DNA from: the human T2T-CHM13v2.0 reference genome, Homo sapiens
Assembly (NCBI RefSeq): GCF_009914755.1
Contig: NC_060932.1
Length of the DNA: 64,000 bases
Reading direction: 5' to 3' (one strand)
Shown: piece after piece, positions 1 through 10,154 of the stretch
How the letters are laid out: the number at the start of each line of letters is the position of its first letter
How positions within the stretch are numbered: the stretch's first letter is position 1
Notes under the pieces: model-generated
What the model was told of the DNA's origin: nothing
Seen by the model: the letters and a program-made list of their open reading frames with translations, nothing else
Databases searched by the model: none
Made by a program: the position numbers and the translations under genes

Positions 1-50
1 CTTCGGGAGCACCGGCCTGGCTCTGCTCCTCTCCCAACTGGCGGCTTCAA

Positions 51-330
51 TGAGTGCTGCGGCCGCCACTTGTCGCCTTTATATAGGCACAGGGCAGACT
101 GGGTGGGACTTCTCCTTGATAGGTTGGTGCTTCAGTCCAATCACACTGAGCCTCATCTTCCACCAGACTCCAGCTTGGGAATGCCTCGGGGGGTGCGCTA
201 ATGGAATCAACTGGAACTCCCGGTTGCTAAACTTGGAGCTAGGTTGCTTTTCCTGAGTTAAGTAACTGTCCCTGCAGGGCAGTCCTATAATGGCTACTGG
301 AATTGGGCTACCTAGGATTAAATTAAGGTT
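51..330 (-). promoter_or_regulatory. Putative Pol II promoter of the REXO1L copy lying just left of the window
   Basis: Minus-strand TATATAAAG at 85-77, Inr-like CTCATT near 51, GGGTGGG box at 101-107, CCAAT at 137-141, TAATGGAATCA at 199-209. Bases 1-50 are that copy's 5' UTR. Confidence 0.6.
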
Positions 331-530
331 CAGGGAGGTTGGTCAACTTGCTTGGGCCCACACAGCACCCCTTGGAGCCAGGACTGGGCCAGCAGTCTGC
401 TGCATGCTGGAGGGCGGGATCCCTCTGGGGCTGCCTTTCCCTGCTCTGTGCACTCCGCCGCTGCGGGCAAATTGAGGACAGGAAGCGGACCGCACCCACT
501 TCTCTCCCAGGACTTGGGCAATGTTCAACA

Positions 531-1415
531 CAGGTGGTCTTCCAAAGGTTCATAGAAAATGCACATGGTGAAGAAACTATGCATGGATTTCCACTGGTGT
601 GCACTAAAATAAACTTGTCCTAACTTCTGATAACCTTTCTGAACTAGATCTAGTTTGAGGCACTAAGAAGGATGAGACATCCACTGAAAAGGACTCCCAT
701 CAGAGCAACATGAATTCCACGAAAACTGCAGCAAGAGGAAACATCAAATTTATGGTGAAGCTTGGGTGGAAGATTGAAGAAATCATTGACGTTTTAAGAA
801 AAGCTTGTAAGGACACTACCCCAAAGAAATGAACTCTTTACGAATGTATAGCTTGTTTCAAGAAGAGGTGAGAAGATGTGGAAGATGAATCCTGCAGTGG
901 CTGTGAAAACCACTGTGCCCAGATCAGCTGCAGTTACGACGAGAGCTATCAGTGGAAATTTTAAACAGGAGGGATCACGATCCTGACTCATCCCTCTGAC
1001 AAATTGTAAGCGGCAGTTGGAACATGGCTTCACCAATATGATCGCCAAGGCAAAGCATCATGAAAGCGATGGCTACCAAGAGGTGGCAGTGGTCCAGTCA
1101 AAGGAAAAGGAGGCCAGTCAGGAGCCCACATCATGGCATCAGTGTTTTGGGACACTCAAGGCATTTTGCTTGTTGACTTTCTGAAAGGCCAAACATCTGC
1201 TTATTAGGAGAGTGTTCTGAGAAGCTTAGATAAAGCTTTGGTAGAAACATGCTGGGAAAGTCTCACTAGATCCTTGTTCACCACATCAATGCTCTGCTCA
1301 TTCCTCTCATCAAACAAGGGCAATTTTGTCAGTTTCAATGGGCAGTCCTTAGGAATTCACCTTACGGGCTGCTTTCATTCCTTCTAAATTCTTTTTGTTT
1401 CCTAATGATAAAAAG
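531..1415 (+). mobile_element. Hsmar2 (mariner) transposon relic, internally deleted and 3'-truncated
   Basis: Left TIR-like caggtggtcttccaaaggttcatagaaaatg at 531. ATG at 710 reads MNSTKTAARGNIKFMVKLGWK, and later segments read WLPRGGSGPVK, VFWDTQGILLVDFL and FFLFPN, matching the Hsmar2 transposase as recalled. Stops and frameshifts present. Confidence 0.88.
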
Positions 1416-1477
1416 TCTCCTTGCCTTGCTTGGAAAGATGAGAGAAAGTCTCCTTGCCTTGTTTGGACAGATGAGAG
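1412..1477. repeat. 33-bp tandem duplication (2 copies), present in every unit
   Basis: aaagtctccttgccttgcttggaaagatgagag (1412-1444) followed by aaagtctccttgccttgtttggacagatgagag (1445-1477). Confidence 0.9.
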
Positions 1478-1900
1478 ATGAGATCCTCCTCTTCTCTCCC
1501 AGGACAGAATGGTGAGACTTGAGTTTCCTTTCTCCTCATTCTTCTCCTCCTTGAGGGAGCTGCTGTGCCGGACAGACCTGCCCCCGTGTCTAGACACTGG
1601 TAGACTCGTTTAAGTTCCTCACAGGCAATCCTCCATGGGGTCAAAGTGGAAGGACTTATTTCTTCAGGGCTCAGTAGTCCACATCCTGGCGCGCACCTTC
1701 ACCAGCCCAGGGCGGGGTAGAGGAGGGTGAAAGGGCGTGGCTCAGAGCCCGCTTCTTCCGCTCGGGCGTATCCTGGGAGGAACCCTTGTCCGGTGAGCAT
1801 GTCTTCGTCTCTACCAAATTCCCTAGTGGGACATTTCTGGCAGCCCTACTTGTTCAGCAGCTTACGGGGGTCAGGTGGACCTCTGCTAGTCACCAGCCTG
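1412..1900 (-). pseudogene. Decayed upstream fragment of the REXO1 retrocopy
   Basis: Minus-strand translations NLVETKTCSPDKGSSQDTPERKKRALSHA, QDVDY*ALKK, FDPMEDCL, NESTSV, KEEKNEEKGNSSLTIL and ISHLSKQGKE resemble the central region of human REXO1 as recalled. Frameshifts and stops present. Confidence 0.75.
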
Positions 1901-3279
1901 AAGCCCTTTCTCCATTTCAGCTATTTTGGCAGTTGCCTAGGTGACTTTTGAACCTCATTATCCAGAACAGCAAACGGACGAGGGGTGAGAAGAGTGGCCG
2001 TCTGGGTTTGCAGCATAGTGCTGCCTTCTAGGAGTTGTGCAGTCTTCGATTGTGTGAAACTTCACCTGGCTGATTTGTGGCAATGCCTCCACAAATTCGC
2101 TAAATTCAGTAGCTTTTGCCTTCCAAGATTCATTTACACAATGTTGAATGCTTTAAAGGAATGAGCATGAAGAGTGCTGGGCTGGAAAGTGATGAGATGG
2201 GTGGTAGGGACTCCTCGGAGTAGAGGAGTAGAGTTTTACTATTATGACTAGGAGGCAAATAAAAAGAAGCTGAACGTGATCCATAATAAAAGAAGCACAC
2301 ACTCACAGAGCTCCATACCAACTACATTAAAATGGAAATCATGATATTTGGAAATACAACTTAATTGGAAATCATTAAGTAATCTCATCAACCTTTTTAC
2401 AGTGGGTGGCAGGGCTATGGAGGGAAAACAGCAATGGTTCTGGCACCTACTTAACTTGATTCCATTAAATTCACCCAACAGGCCTCCAGAGAACATATTA
2501 CTGCTTTGATATTACAAAGGGAAAAACAGCTATGGCGTCTCTGAAAAGCACAACGTGCTAGGACTGGAATGACTTTAAAACCACACATAAATTTCTGAGA
2601 GATTTTTGCCATAAGGTACCATCCACCTTACTGTAAACCACATCCTAAAATTGTCTGCAGTGCAAATGGATTATGTGCATCCAACAGGAAACAGCATAGG
2701 TTGAGAAGCTGTTACTTAATAGCTTCATTGTCACCACGAGTGTAAAATGTGGGGTCTCATCACTTTTGCACCCACGTTTTGCCTGTTGGTTTCTCCACAC
2801 TGTCAGGAGCATTTGACCAACTCACTGTGGCTCAGGGTCCCTTACGCAGCCTGTTGGGGAAACCAGTGGGTATTGAAGACCTGCCTCTGGTGTGCCAGGA
2901 GGTTGTGCCTGCCGGCCACTCTGACTTGCGATCTTCCGCCTCAGTGTATGGCTTCCTACACCTGGATAATTAACATTGCCAGCATGATAAGGAGGTCCTT
3001 TCATCACTATTGCCACTAGTCCTTCCGACTCCTGTGCCCTGTTTCTCCTTTATTGGAACCCAAGAACGAGTAAACATAGCATTTTCAAACATCCCGCCCC
3101 CTTCCCTGGTAACACCAATATTCCACCATCCTAATTCCCTCACAAGCATTCAGTCTCTCCACCCTGAGGTGGTGAAATCCCTGCAGGCATTTATAAGTAT
3201 ACCTGGACAGAAGAAATACAAGATACCGTTCTATTAACTCAATATAGTGTTGCTAAGTTCGTACTTTTGTTTGGTTTAT

Positions 3280-3857
3280 TTTATTTTATAAATAGGTATC
3301 ACTCGCATGGTTCCAAATGCGATAGGCACAGAGAGTATATATGATGGAATTACATCCTCCTTCCCTGCACTCAGCAACCGAGATCTTCCCGCTACGGGCA
3401 CTCAAAGGTTTCATTGTCTGAAATATCAGCCTAAACGTAGTTTATGTTTAGGAAGCAACAACCGTAAATAGGCCCACATCCAAACGGAGTGGATTTAGGT
3501 TTCACTTTTTCAAGGAAAAACCATCAAAGAATTTTTCCACATACTTGTAAACCATCCCACGTATAGAATCCATTTTTACTGACACAAATTTAGTACCAAT
3601 AAACGACTCTTCTTCTCAATTTGTTTTATTTAACAATAAGTCTTGAACGTCATTCCCAGTTAACATTTTGAAGAGTTTCCTCTCTTTCGTTCTGTTTTAG
3701 CTGCAAAGTATTCTTCCGTAAGGATGAACGTACTATAATTTATTAGCCAGCCACTTAGTGATGTACAATTAAGCAGTTTTAAATCTTTGACTCTTGGAAA
3801 TATTGTTTCTCACACATAAATATTTCTATAAAATAAATTAGTTGAATTAGAATTGTT
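3280..3857 (-). mobile_element. Old, highly diverged L1M (L1ME-like) 3' fragment; equivalent in units 2-5
   Basis: gtattcttccgtaaggatgaacgtactataatttattagccagccacttagtgatgtacaattaagcagttttaaatctttgact resembles antisense L1ME 3' UTR motifs. Boundaries approximate. Confidence 0.45.
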
Positions 3858-4070
3858 GGAGTTCAAGACCAGCCTGGCCAACATGGTGAAACCCCATCTC
3901 TACTAGAAACACAAAATTAGCCGGACATGCCGGTACATGCCTCTAATCTCAGGTGAGGCAGGAGAATCACTTCAACCTGGGAGGCAGAGGTTGTAGTGAC
4001 TCGAAATCACGCCACTGCACTCCAGCCTGGGCGACGCGAGCGAAACTCTGTCTCAAAAAACCAAAAAAAA
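3858..4070 (+). mobile_element. 5'-truncated Alu (AluS-like)
   Basis: ggagttcaagaccagcctggccaacatggtgaaacccc ... gccactgcactccagcctgggcgac ... tctcaaaaaaccaaaaaaaa. Confidence 0.93.
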
Positions 4071-4074
4071 TTAA

Positions 4075-4945
4075 ACGTAAAAAGAAAAGCGGTACATATA
4101 CCCAATAGAACACAATTCAGCCTTAAAAAAGAAAGAAATCATCTCATTGGCAACACGAATGAGCCTAGAGGATGGTACACTGAGTGAAAGAAAGCAAAGG
4201 CCAGGCACGGTGGCTCATGCCTGTAATCCCAGTACTTTGGGAGGCCAAGGCAGGTGGAAGCATTGAACCCAGGAGTTGGAGATGAACCTGGGCAACATGG
4301 TGAAACCCCATCTCTAAAGAAACACAAAAATTAGCCAAGTGTGGCGTTGGACGCCTGTAGTCCTAGCTATTCAGGAGGCTGAAGCGGGAGGAACTCTCGA
4401 CCCCGGGAGGTGGAGGCCGTGGTGAGTGAGCCGTGTTTGTGTCACTGTACTCCAGCCTGGGTGACAGACTGAGACCCTGTCTCAAAAAATAAATAATTAC
4501 ATAATAAAGATTTAAAAAGCAAGCACAAAAAGACAAATACTGCATGATCTCACTTATATGTGCAATCTCCAACAATGCAACTCATAGCTGTAGAGAGCAG
4601 AACGGTGGTTACCCGAGGCAGGGGTCAGGGAGGGACTGGAGAGATGATAGTCTCATGATACAAAATTTCAGAGAGGAATGGTTCTAGAGATCTATTGAAC
4701 AGCCTGGCATCTACAGTGTATAAGTATGTATTGTATACTTGAAAATTGCTATAAGAGTAGATTTTAGACATGTCCTCATCACATTAAAATCAGTATGTGA
4801 GGAAACGAGTGTGTTAATTAGCTTGATTTTGTCATTCCACAATGTATACACGTATGAAACATCATGTTGTATGCCATAAATATATATAATTTTTATTTGT
4901 CAAGTTAAAATTAAAATTCATATAAATTATAAAAATAAAATGAAA
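4075..4945 (+). mobile_element. L1MA-type 3' end interrupted by an AluJ; equivalent in units 2-5
   Basis: L1M 3' motifs attcagccttaaaaaagaaagaaatc, aaagacaaatactgcatgatctcacttatatgtg and ttgaaaattgctataagagtagatttt, ending in an A-rich tail near 4930. The sequence is continuous across the Alu at 4199-4496. Confidence 0.8.
4199..4496 (+). mobile_element. Full-length Alu (AluJ-like)
   Basis: ggccaggcacggtggctcatgcctgtaatcccag...ttgaacccaggagtt...gagaccctgtctcaaaaaataaataa. The short flanking repeat aaagcaa may be the TSD. Confidence 0.93.
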
Positions 4946-5464
4946 TAACATACACTACAAAAGACGTTTATTTATTAAATCCCCACAGAAGGGGTCTAAG
5001 TGATAAAGGAAAATAAAATTCCGGGAACGGTAAAATCAATCAGAAATGCCCTACTTCAGTGCTTTCCGAAATTTGTCTGACAGAGTGGAAATCCAGTTTT
5101 TCACTAAGTCACTGTTCTGGAACAGTTTGTGTGTGTGTATGTATGTGTGTGAGGGCTCACATACACAAATTGAACTAATGGAAGTGTAAGCATTCAAATT
5201 ATCAGTTTAATTTAGTTCTATACATATACACACACACACACTCACACACCGAAAACATTGATAAAATCAGCCATTCCAGCAAAACTAGCTACTTAGTGTC
5301 TATCTCTCCTTGAAGATTCAAACTAGAAATGAGGATTTAGAGAGGCATGATGGTTCGTTCTCTCTTGGAGCCCAGTTCGAAGTTGACTGACTGATTCAGT
5401 CATTGTAATTGGTTGGTCTTGGGGAAGAATCCACTTTGACTCTTGGGAAGTCAGCTAGGTCAGC

Positions 5465-5685
5465 GGACAGAGCAGGGGCTCTGGAGCCAGACTGCCTGCA
5501 CCCGACTTCTAGCTATGATACCTTGGATAAACTACTTATCACCTGGGCTTCAGGTTCCTCATCTGTAAAATGGGGATAAGAATGCTATCTCTCTCACAAC
5601 TATTAGGAGGACTGACTGGGTTAATACGTGCAAAGTACCAAGTACATAAGAAACCAACAGCCAGTGCTCATTACAATCATTATTA
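5465..5685 (+). mobile_element. MIR SINE; equivalent in units 2-5
   Basis: gggctctggagccagactgcctg...ccttggataaactactt...ttcctcatctgtaaaatggggataag is the MIR core. Confidence 0.8.
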
Positions 5686-5829
5686 TTTTGGGCAAGTTAA
5701 GCCGCATGGTTTCTTTAGGTATAAAATTAGGCTTTATTTACCTACCTGTTGGGTTGTTCCAAGGATTAATCACATAGTGTTCATGAATTCCCTTTATAAA
5801 CTATTATACAAAAGAAATATAGTTAACAT

Positions 5830-5917
5830 TAATTGAACACCTACTATGTGCGATCGTTTTAAGGCTTGCCATGTGCTGCTTCATTCAGTCCGCACCATGA
5901 CATTAGGATCACACTTT
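5830..5917 (-). mobile_element. MIR, left half (split by the L1PA insertion)
   Basis: taattgaacacctactatgtgc...ttcattcagtccgcac resembles the antisense MIR 3' end and continues at 9591. Confidence 0.6.
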
Positions 5918-8900
5918 CGTTTTCCATTTTTTTTTAAATTATACTTTAATTACTAGGGTACATGTGCACAACGTGCAGGTTTATTACGTATGTAAGCACG
6001 TGCCATGTTGGTGTGCTGCACCCATTCACTAGTCATTTACATTAGGTATATCTCTTAATGTTATCCCTCCCCCTCCCCCCGCCCATGACAGGCCCCGGTG
6101 TGTGATGTTCCCCTTTCTGCGTCCAAGTGTTCTCCTAGTTCAATTCCCACCTATGAGTGGGATCACGCGGTGTTTGGTTTTTTTGTCCTTGCGATAGTTT
6201 GCTAAGAATGATGGTTTCCAGCTTCATCCGTGTCCCTCCGAAGGGCATGAACACATGCTTTTTTATGGCTGCATAGTATTCCACGGTGTATTTGTGCCAC
6301 GTTTCCTTAATCCAGTCTATCATTGATGGACATCTGGGCTGGTTCCAAGTCTTTGCTACTGTGAACGGTGCCGCAATAAACATACGTCTGCGTGTGTCCT
6401 TTTAGCAGCATGATTTATAGTCCTATGGGTGTATACCCAGTAATGGGACGGCTGGGTCAAATGGTATTTCTAATTCTAGATCCTTGAGGATTCGCCACAC
6501 TATCTTCCACAACCGCTGAACTGGTTTACAGTCCCACCAGCAGTGTAAAAGTGTCCCTATTTCTCCACTACCTCTCCAGCACCTGTTGTTTCCTGACTTT
6601 TTTATTGATCGCTATTGTAACTGGTGTGAGACGATATCTCTTTGCGGATTTGATTTGCATTTCTCTGATGACCAGTGTTGATGAGCATTTTTTCATGTGT
6701 CTGTTGGCTGCATAAATGTCTTCTTTTTAGAAGTGTCTCTTCATATCCTTCCCGCACTTGTTGATGGGGTTGTTTGGTTTTTCTTGTAACTCTGTTTGAG
6801 TTCTTAGTAGATTCTGGATATTAGCCCTTTGTCAGATGAGTAGATTGCAAAAATTTTCTCCCTTTCTGTAGCATGCCTGTTCACTCTGATGGGAGTTTCT
6901 TTAGCTGTGCAGAAACTCTTTAGTGTAATTAGATGCCGTTTGTCAATATTGGCTTTTGTTGCCTTTGCTTTTGGCGTTTTAGACATGAGGTCCTTGCCCA
7001 TGCCTATGTCCTGAATGGTATTGCCTAGGTTTTCTCCTAGGGTTTGTATGGCTTAAGATGTAACATTTAAGTCTTTCATCCGTCTTGAATAAACTTTTGT
7101 ATAAGGTGTAAGGAAGGGATCCAATTTCACCTTCGGACATATGGCTAGCCAGTTTTCCCAGCACCATTTATTAAATAGGGAATCCTTTCCCCATTTCTTG
7201 TTTTTGTCAGGTTTGTCAAAGATCCGACGGTTGTAGATGTGTCGTATTATTTCTGAGGGCTCTATTCTGTTCCATTGGTCTACAGTAACCAAAAAAAGGC
7301 AACCAACAGCATGCTGTTTGGTTACTGTAGGCTTGTAGTGTAGTTTGAAGTCGGGTAGCTTGATGCCTCCACCTTTGTTCTTTTGGCTTAGGATTATCTT
7401 GGCAGTGGGGGCCCTTTTGTGGTTCCATGTAAACTTTCAAGTAGTTTTTTCCAATTCTGTGAAGAAAGTCCTTGGTAGCTTGATGGGGATGGCATTGGAT
7501 CTATAATATACCTTGGGCAGTATGGCCATTTTCACGATACTGATTCTTCCTAACCGTGAGCATGGAATATTCTTCCATTGGTTTGTGTCCTCTTTTATTT
7601 CGTGGAGCAGTGATTTGTAGTTCTCCTTGAAGAGGTCCTTCGCACATCGCATCCCTTGTTAGTTGGATTCCTCAGAATTTTATTCTCTTTGAAGCAATTG
7701 TGAATGGGAGCTCAGTCATGATTTGGCTCTCTGTTTGCCTGTTATTGGTGTATGAGAATGCTTGTGTGTTTTGCACATCGATTTTGTATCCTGAGACTTT
7801 GCTGAAGTTGCTTATCAGCTTAAGGAGATTTTGGGCTGAGACGATGGGGTTTTCTAAATATTCAATCATGTCATCTACAAACAGGGACAATTTGACTTCC
7901 TCTTTTCCTAATTGATTACTCTTTATTTCTTTCTCCTGCCTGATTGCCCTGGCCAGAAGTTCCAACACTATGTTGAATAGGAGTGGTGAGAGAGGGCACC
8001 CCTGTCTTGTGGCAGTTTGCAAAGGGAATGCTTCCACTTTTTGCCCATTCAGTATGATATTGGCTGTGGGTTTGCCCTAAATAGCCCTTATTATTTTGAG
8101 GTATGTCCCATCAGTACCTAATTTATTGAGAGTTTTTGGCATGAAAGGCTGTTGAATTTTGTCAAAGGCCTTTTCTGCATCTGTTGAGATAATCACGCGG
8201 TTTCTGTCTTTGGTTCCGATTATATGCTGGATTATGTTTATTGATTTGCATATGTTGGACCAGCCTGCATGTCAGGGATGAAGCCCACTTGATCATAATG
8301 GATAAGCTCTTTGATGTGCTGCTGGATTCGGTTTGCCAGCATTTTATGGAGGATTTTTCCATCGGTGTTCCTCAGGGATATGGGCCGAAAATTCTCTTTG
8401 TTGGTTGTGTCTCTCTCAGCCTTTGGGATCAGGATGATGCTGGCCTCATAAAATGAGATAGGGAGGATTCCCTCTTTTTCTGTTGATTGGAATAGTTTCC
8501 GAAGGAATGGTACCAGCTCCTCCTTGTACTTCTGGTAGAATTCGGCTGTGAATCCGTCTGGTCCTGGAGTTTTATTGCTTGATAGGCTATTAATTATTGC
8601 CTCAATTTCAGAGCCTGTTATTGGTCTATTCAGGCATTCAGCTTCTTCCTGGTTTACTCTGGGGAGGTTGCATGTGTCCAGGAATTTATTCATTTCTTCT
8701 AGATTTCCGAGTTTGTTTGCCTAGAGGTGTTGACAGTATTCTCTCATGGTAGTTTGTACTTCTGTGGGATCAGTGGTGATATCCCCTTTATCATTTTTTA
8801 TTGCATCTGCTTGATTCTTCTTCCTTTCATTCTTTAATAGTCTTGCTAGTGGTCTATCAATTTTGTTGATGGTTTCAAAAAACCCGCTCCTGGATTCATT

Positions 8901-9590
8901 GATTTTTTGAAGGGTTTTTTGGGTCTCTATCTCCTTCAGTTCTGCTCGGATCTTAGTTATTTCTTGCCTTCTGCTAGCTTTTGAATGTGTTTGCTCTTGC
9001 TTCTCTCATCCTTTTAATGGTGATGTTAGGGTATGCATTTTTGATCTTTCCTGCTTTCCCTTGTGGGCGTTTAGTGCTATAAATTTCCCTCTACACACTG
9101 CTTAAAATGTGTCCCAGAGATTCTGGTATGTTGTGTCTTTGTTCTCATTGCTTTCAGAGAATATCTTTATTTCTGCCTTCATTTCGTTATGTACCCAGTA
9201 CTCATTCAGGAACAGCTTGTCCGGTTTCCATGCAGTTGTGCGGTTTTGAGTGAGTTTCTCAATCCTGAGGTCTAGTGTGATTGCAATGTGGTCTGAGAGA
9301 CCGTTTGTAATAATTTCTGTAATTTTACTTTTACTGAGGAGTGCTTTACTTCCAACTATGTGGTCAATGTGGAAATAAGTGTGATGTGGTGCTGAGAAGA
9401 ATGTATATTCTGTTGATTTGGGGTGGAGCGTTCTGTAGATGTCTCCTAGGTCCGCTTGGTGCAGAGCTGAGCTCAATTCCCGGATATCCTTTTTTAACTT
9501 TCTGTCTCGTTGGTGTGTCTAATGTTGACAGTGGGGTGTTAAGTTTGCCATTATTATTATTATTACTATGTGGGAGTCTAAGTCTCTTTT
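5918..9590 (-). mobile_element. 5'-truncated L1PA (ORF2 EN/RT remnants and 3' UTR), unit 1, with 11-bp TSD
   Basis: ORF2 fragments ([62 protein letters not shown]), degenerate poly(A) at about 5920-5935, and TSD gatcacacttt at 5907-5917 and 9591-9601. Many stops and frameshifts. Confidence 0.96.
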
Positions 9591-9712
9591 GATCACACTT
9601 TAAAGACCAAAAGGTAGAAGCGCAAAGACGTTATCTGTCCAATATTACAAACCTAGTAAGTGGTGGAATTTGGCCTTGAACCCAGATCTGTAACTCCAGA
9701 GCCGAAGTGCTT
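9591..9712 (-). mobile_element. MIR, right half
   Basis: acaaacctagtaagtggtggaatttggccttgaacccagatctgtaactccagagcc matches the antisense MIR consensus. Confidence 0.7.
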
Positions 9713-9837
9713 CACCCACCTCCCTGTGGTGCCTCTACAGAAAAAGAGGTAAGCAGGCATTCCGAAAGCTGGTGGGCCGGGGGGCTGGCCTTGTACTCAG
9801 AAGCCATGGAAGTCCCACGTGGGGTGGCTAGTGGTGT

Positions 9838-10030
9838 AAGGACAGAGGTCTCGGATGGGCAGAGGGATGTGGACAGGCGCGAGGGCGCGCGGCAGGGACT
9901 CGGGGGACTGGGAGTGGCGGCTCGGGGCTGCGGGAGGCGATTGGTGGAAGGACAGAGGTCTGGGAGGGGCAGAGGGATGTGGACAGGCCCGAGGGGCCGC
10001 GGCAGGGATTCCGGGGGACCGGGAGTGGGG
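9838..10030. repeat. G-rich direct repeat with ~110-bp period in the 3' region of the REXO1L gene (all units)
   Basis: aaggacagaggtct...gcagagggatgtggacagg...gcggcaggga...gggggac.gggagtgg occurs at 9838 and 9948. Confidence 0.8.
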
Positions 10031-10154
10031 GGTTGGGGTTACTCTTGGCTTTTTGCCCTCTCCTGCCGCCGGCTGCTCCAGTTTCTTTCGCTTTGCGGCG
10101 AGGTGGGCAGGGTGAGCTCTCGGGACTGATGGCGGTTTTGGAAGAGGCCTGGGG

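Noticed and set aside
710-1415. Domesticated mariner transposase (SETMAR-like)
   Set aside because: It has an in-frame stop, an internal deletion and frameshifts, lacks the C-terminus, and lies on the opposite strand to the gene.
1900-3280. Short ORFs and possible ancient repeats in the unique spacer
   Set aside because: I could not recognise any protein or repeat family here with confidence; left unannotated.
5126-5250. Opposed (TG)n and (CA)n tracts able to form a hairpin
   Set aside because: Short, imperfect microsatellites with no evidence of function.
6135-9476. L1 ORF2 pieces as an active reverse transcriptase or endonuclease linked to the exonuclease (retron-like system)
   Set aside because: The element is 5'-truncated, lacks ORF1 and a promoter, and has multiple stops and frameshifts in all copies. 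It is a dead L1.
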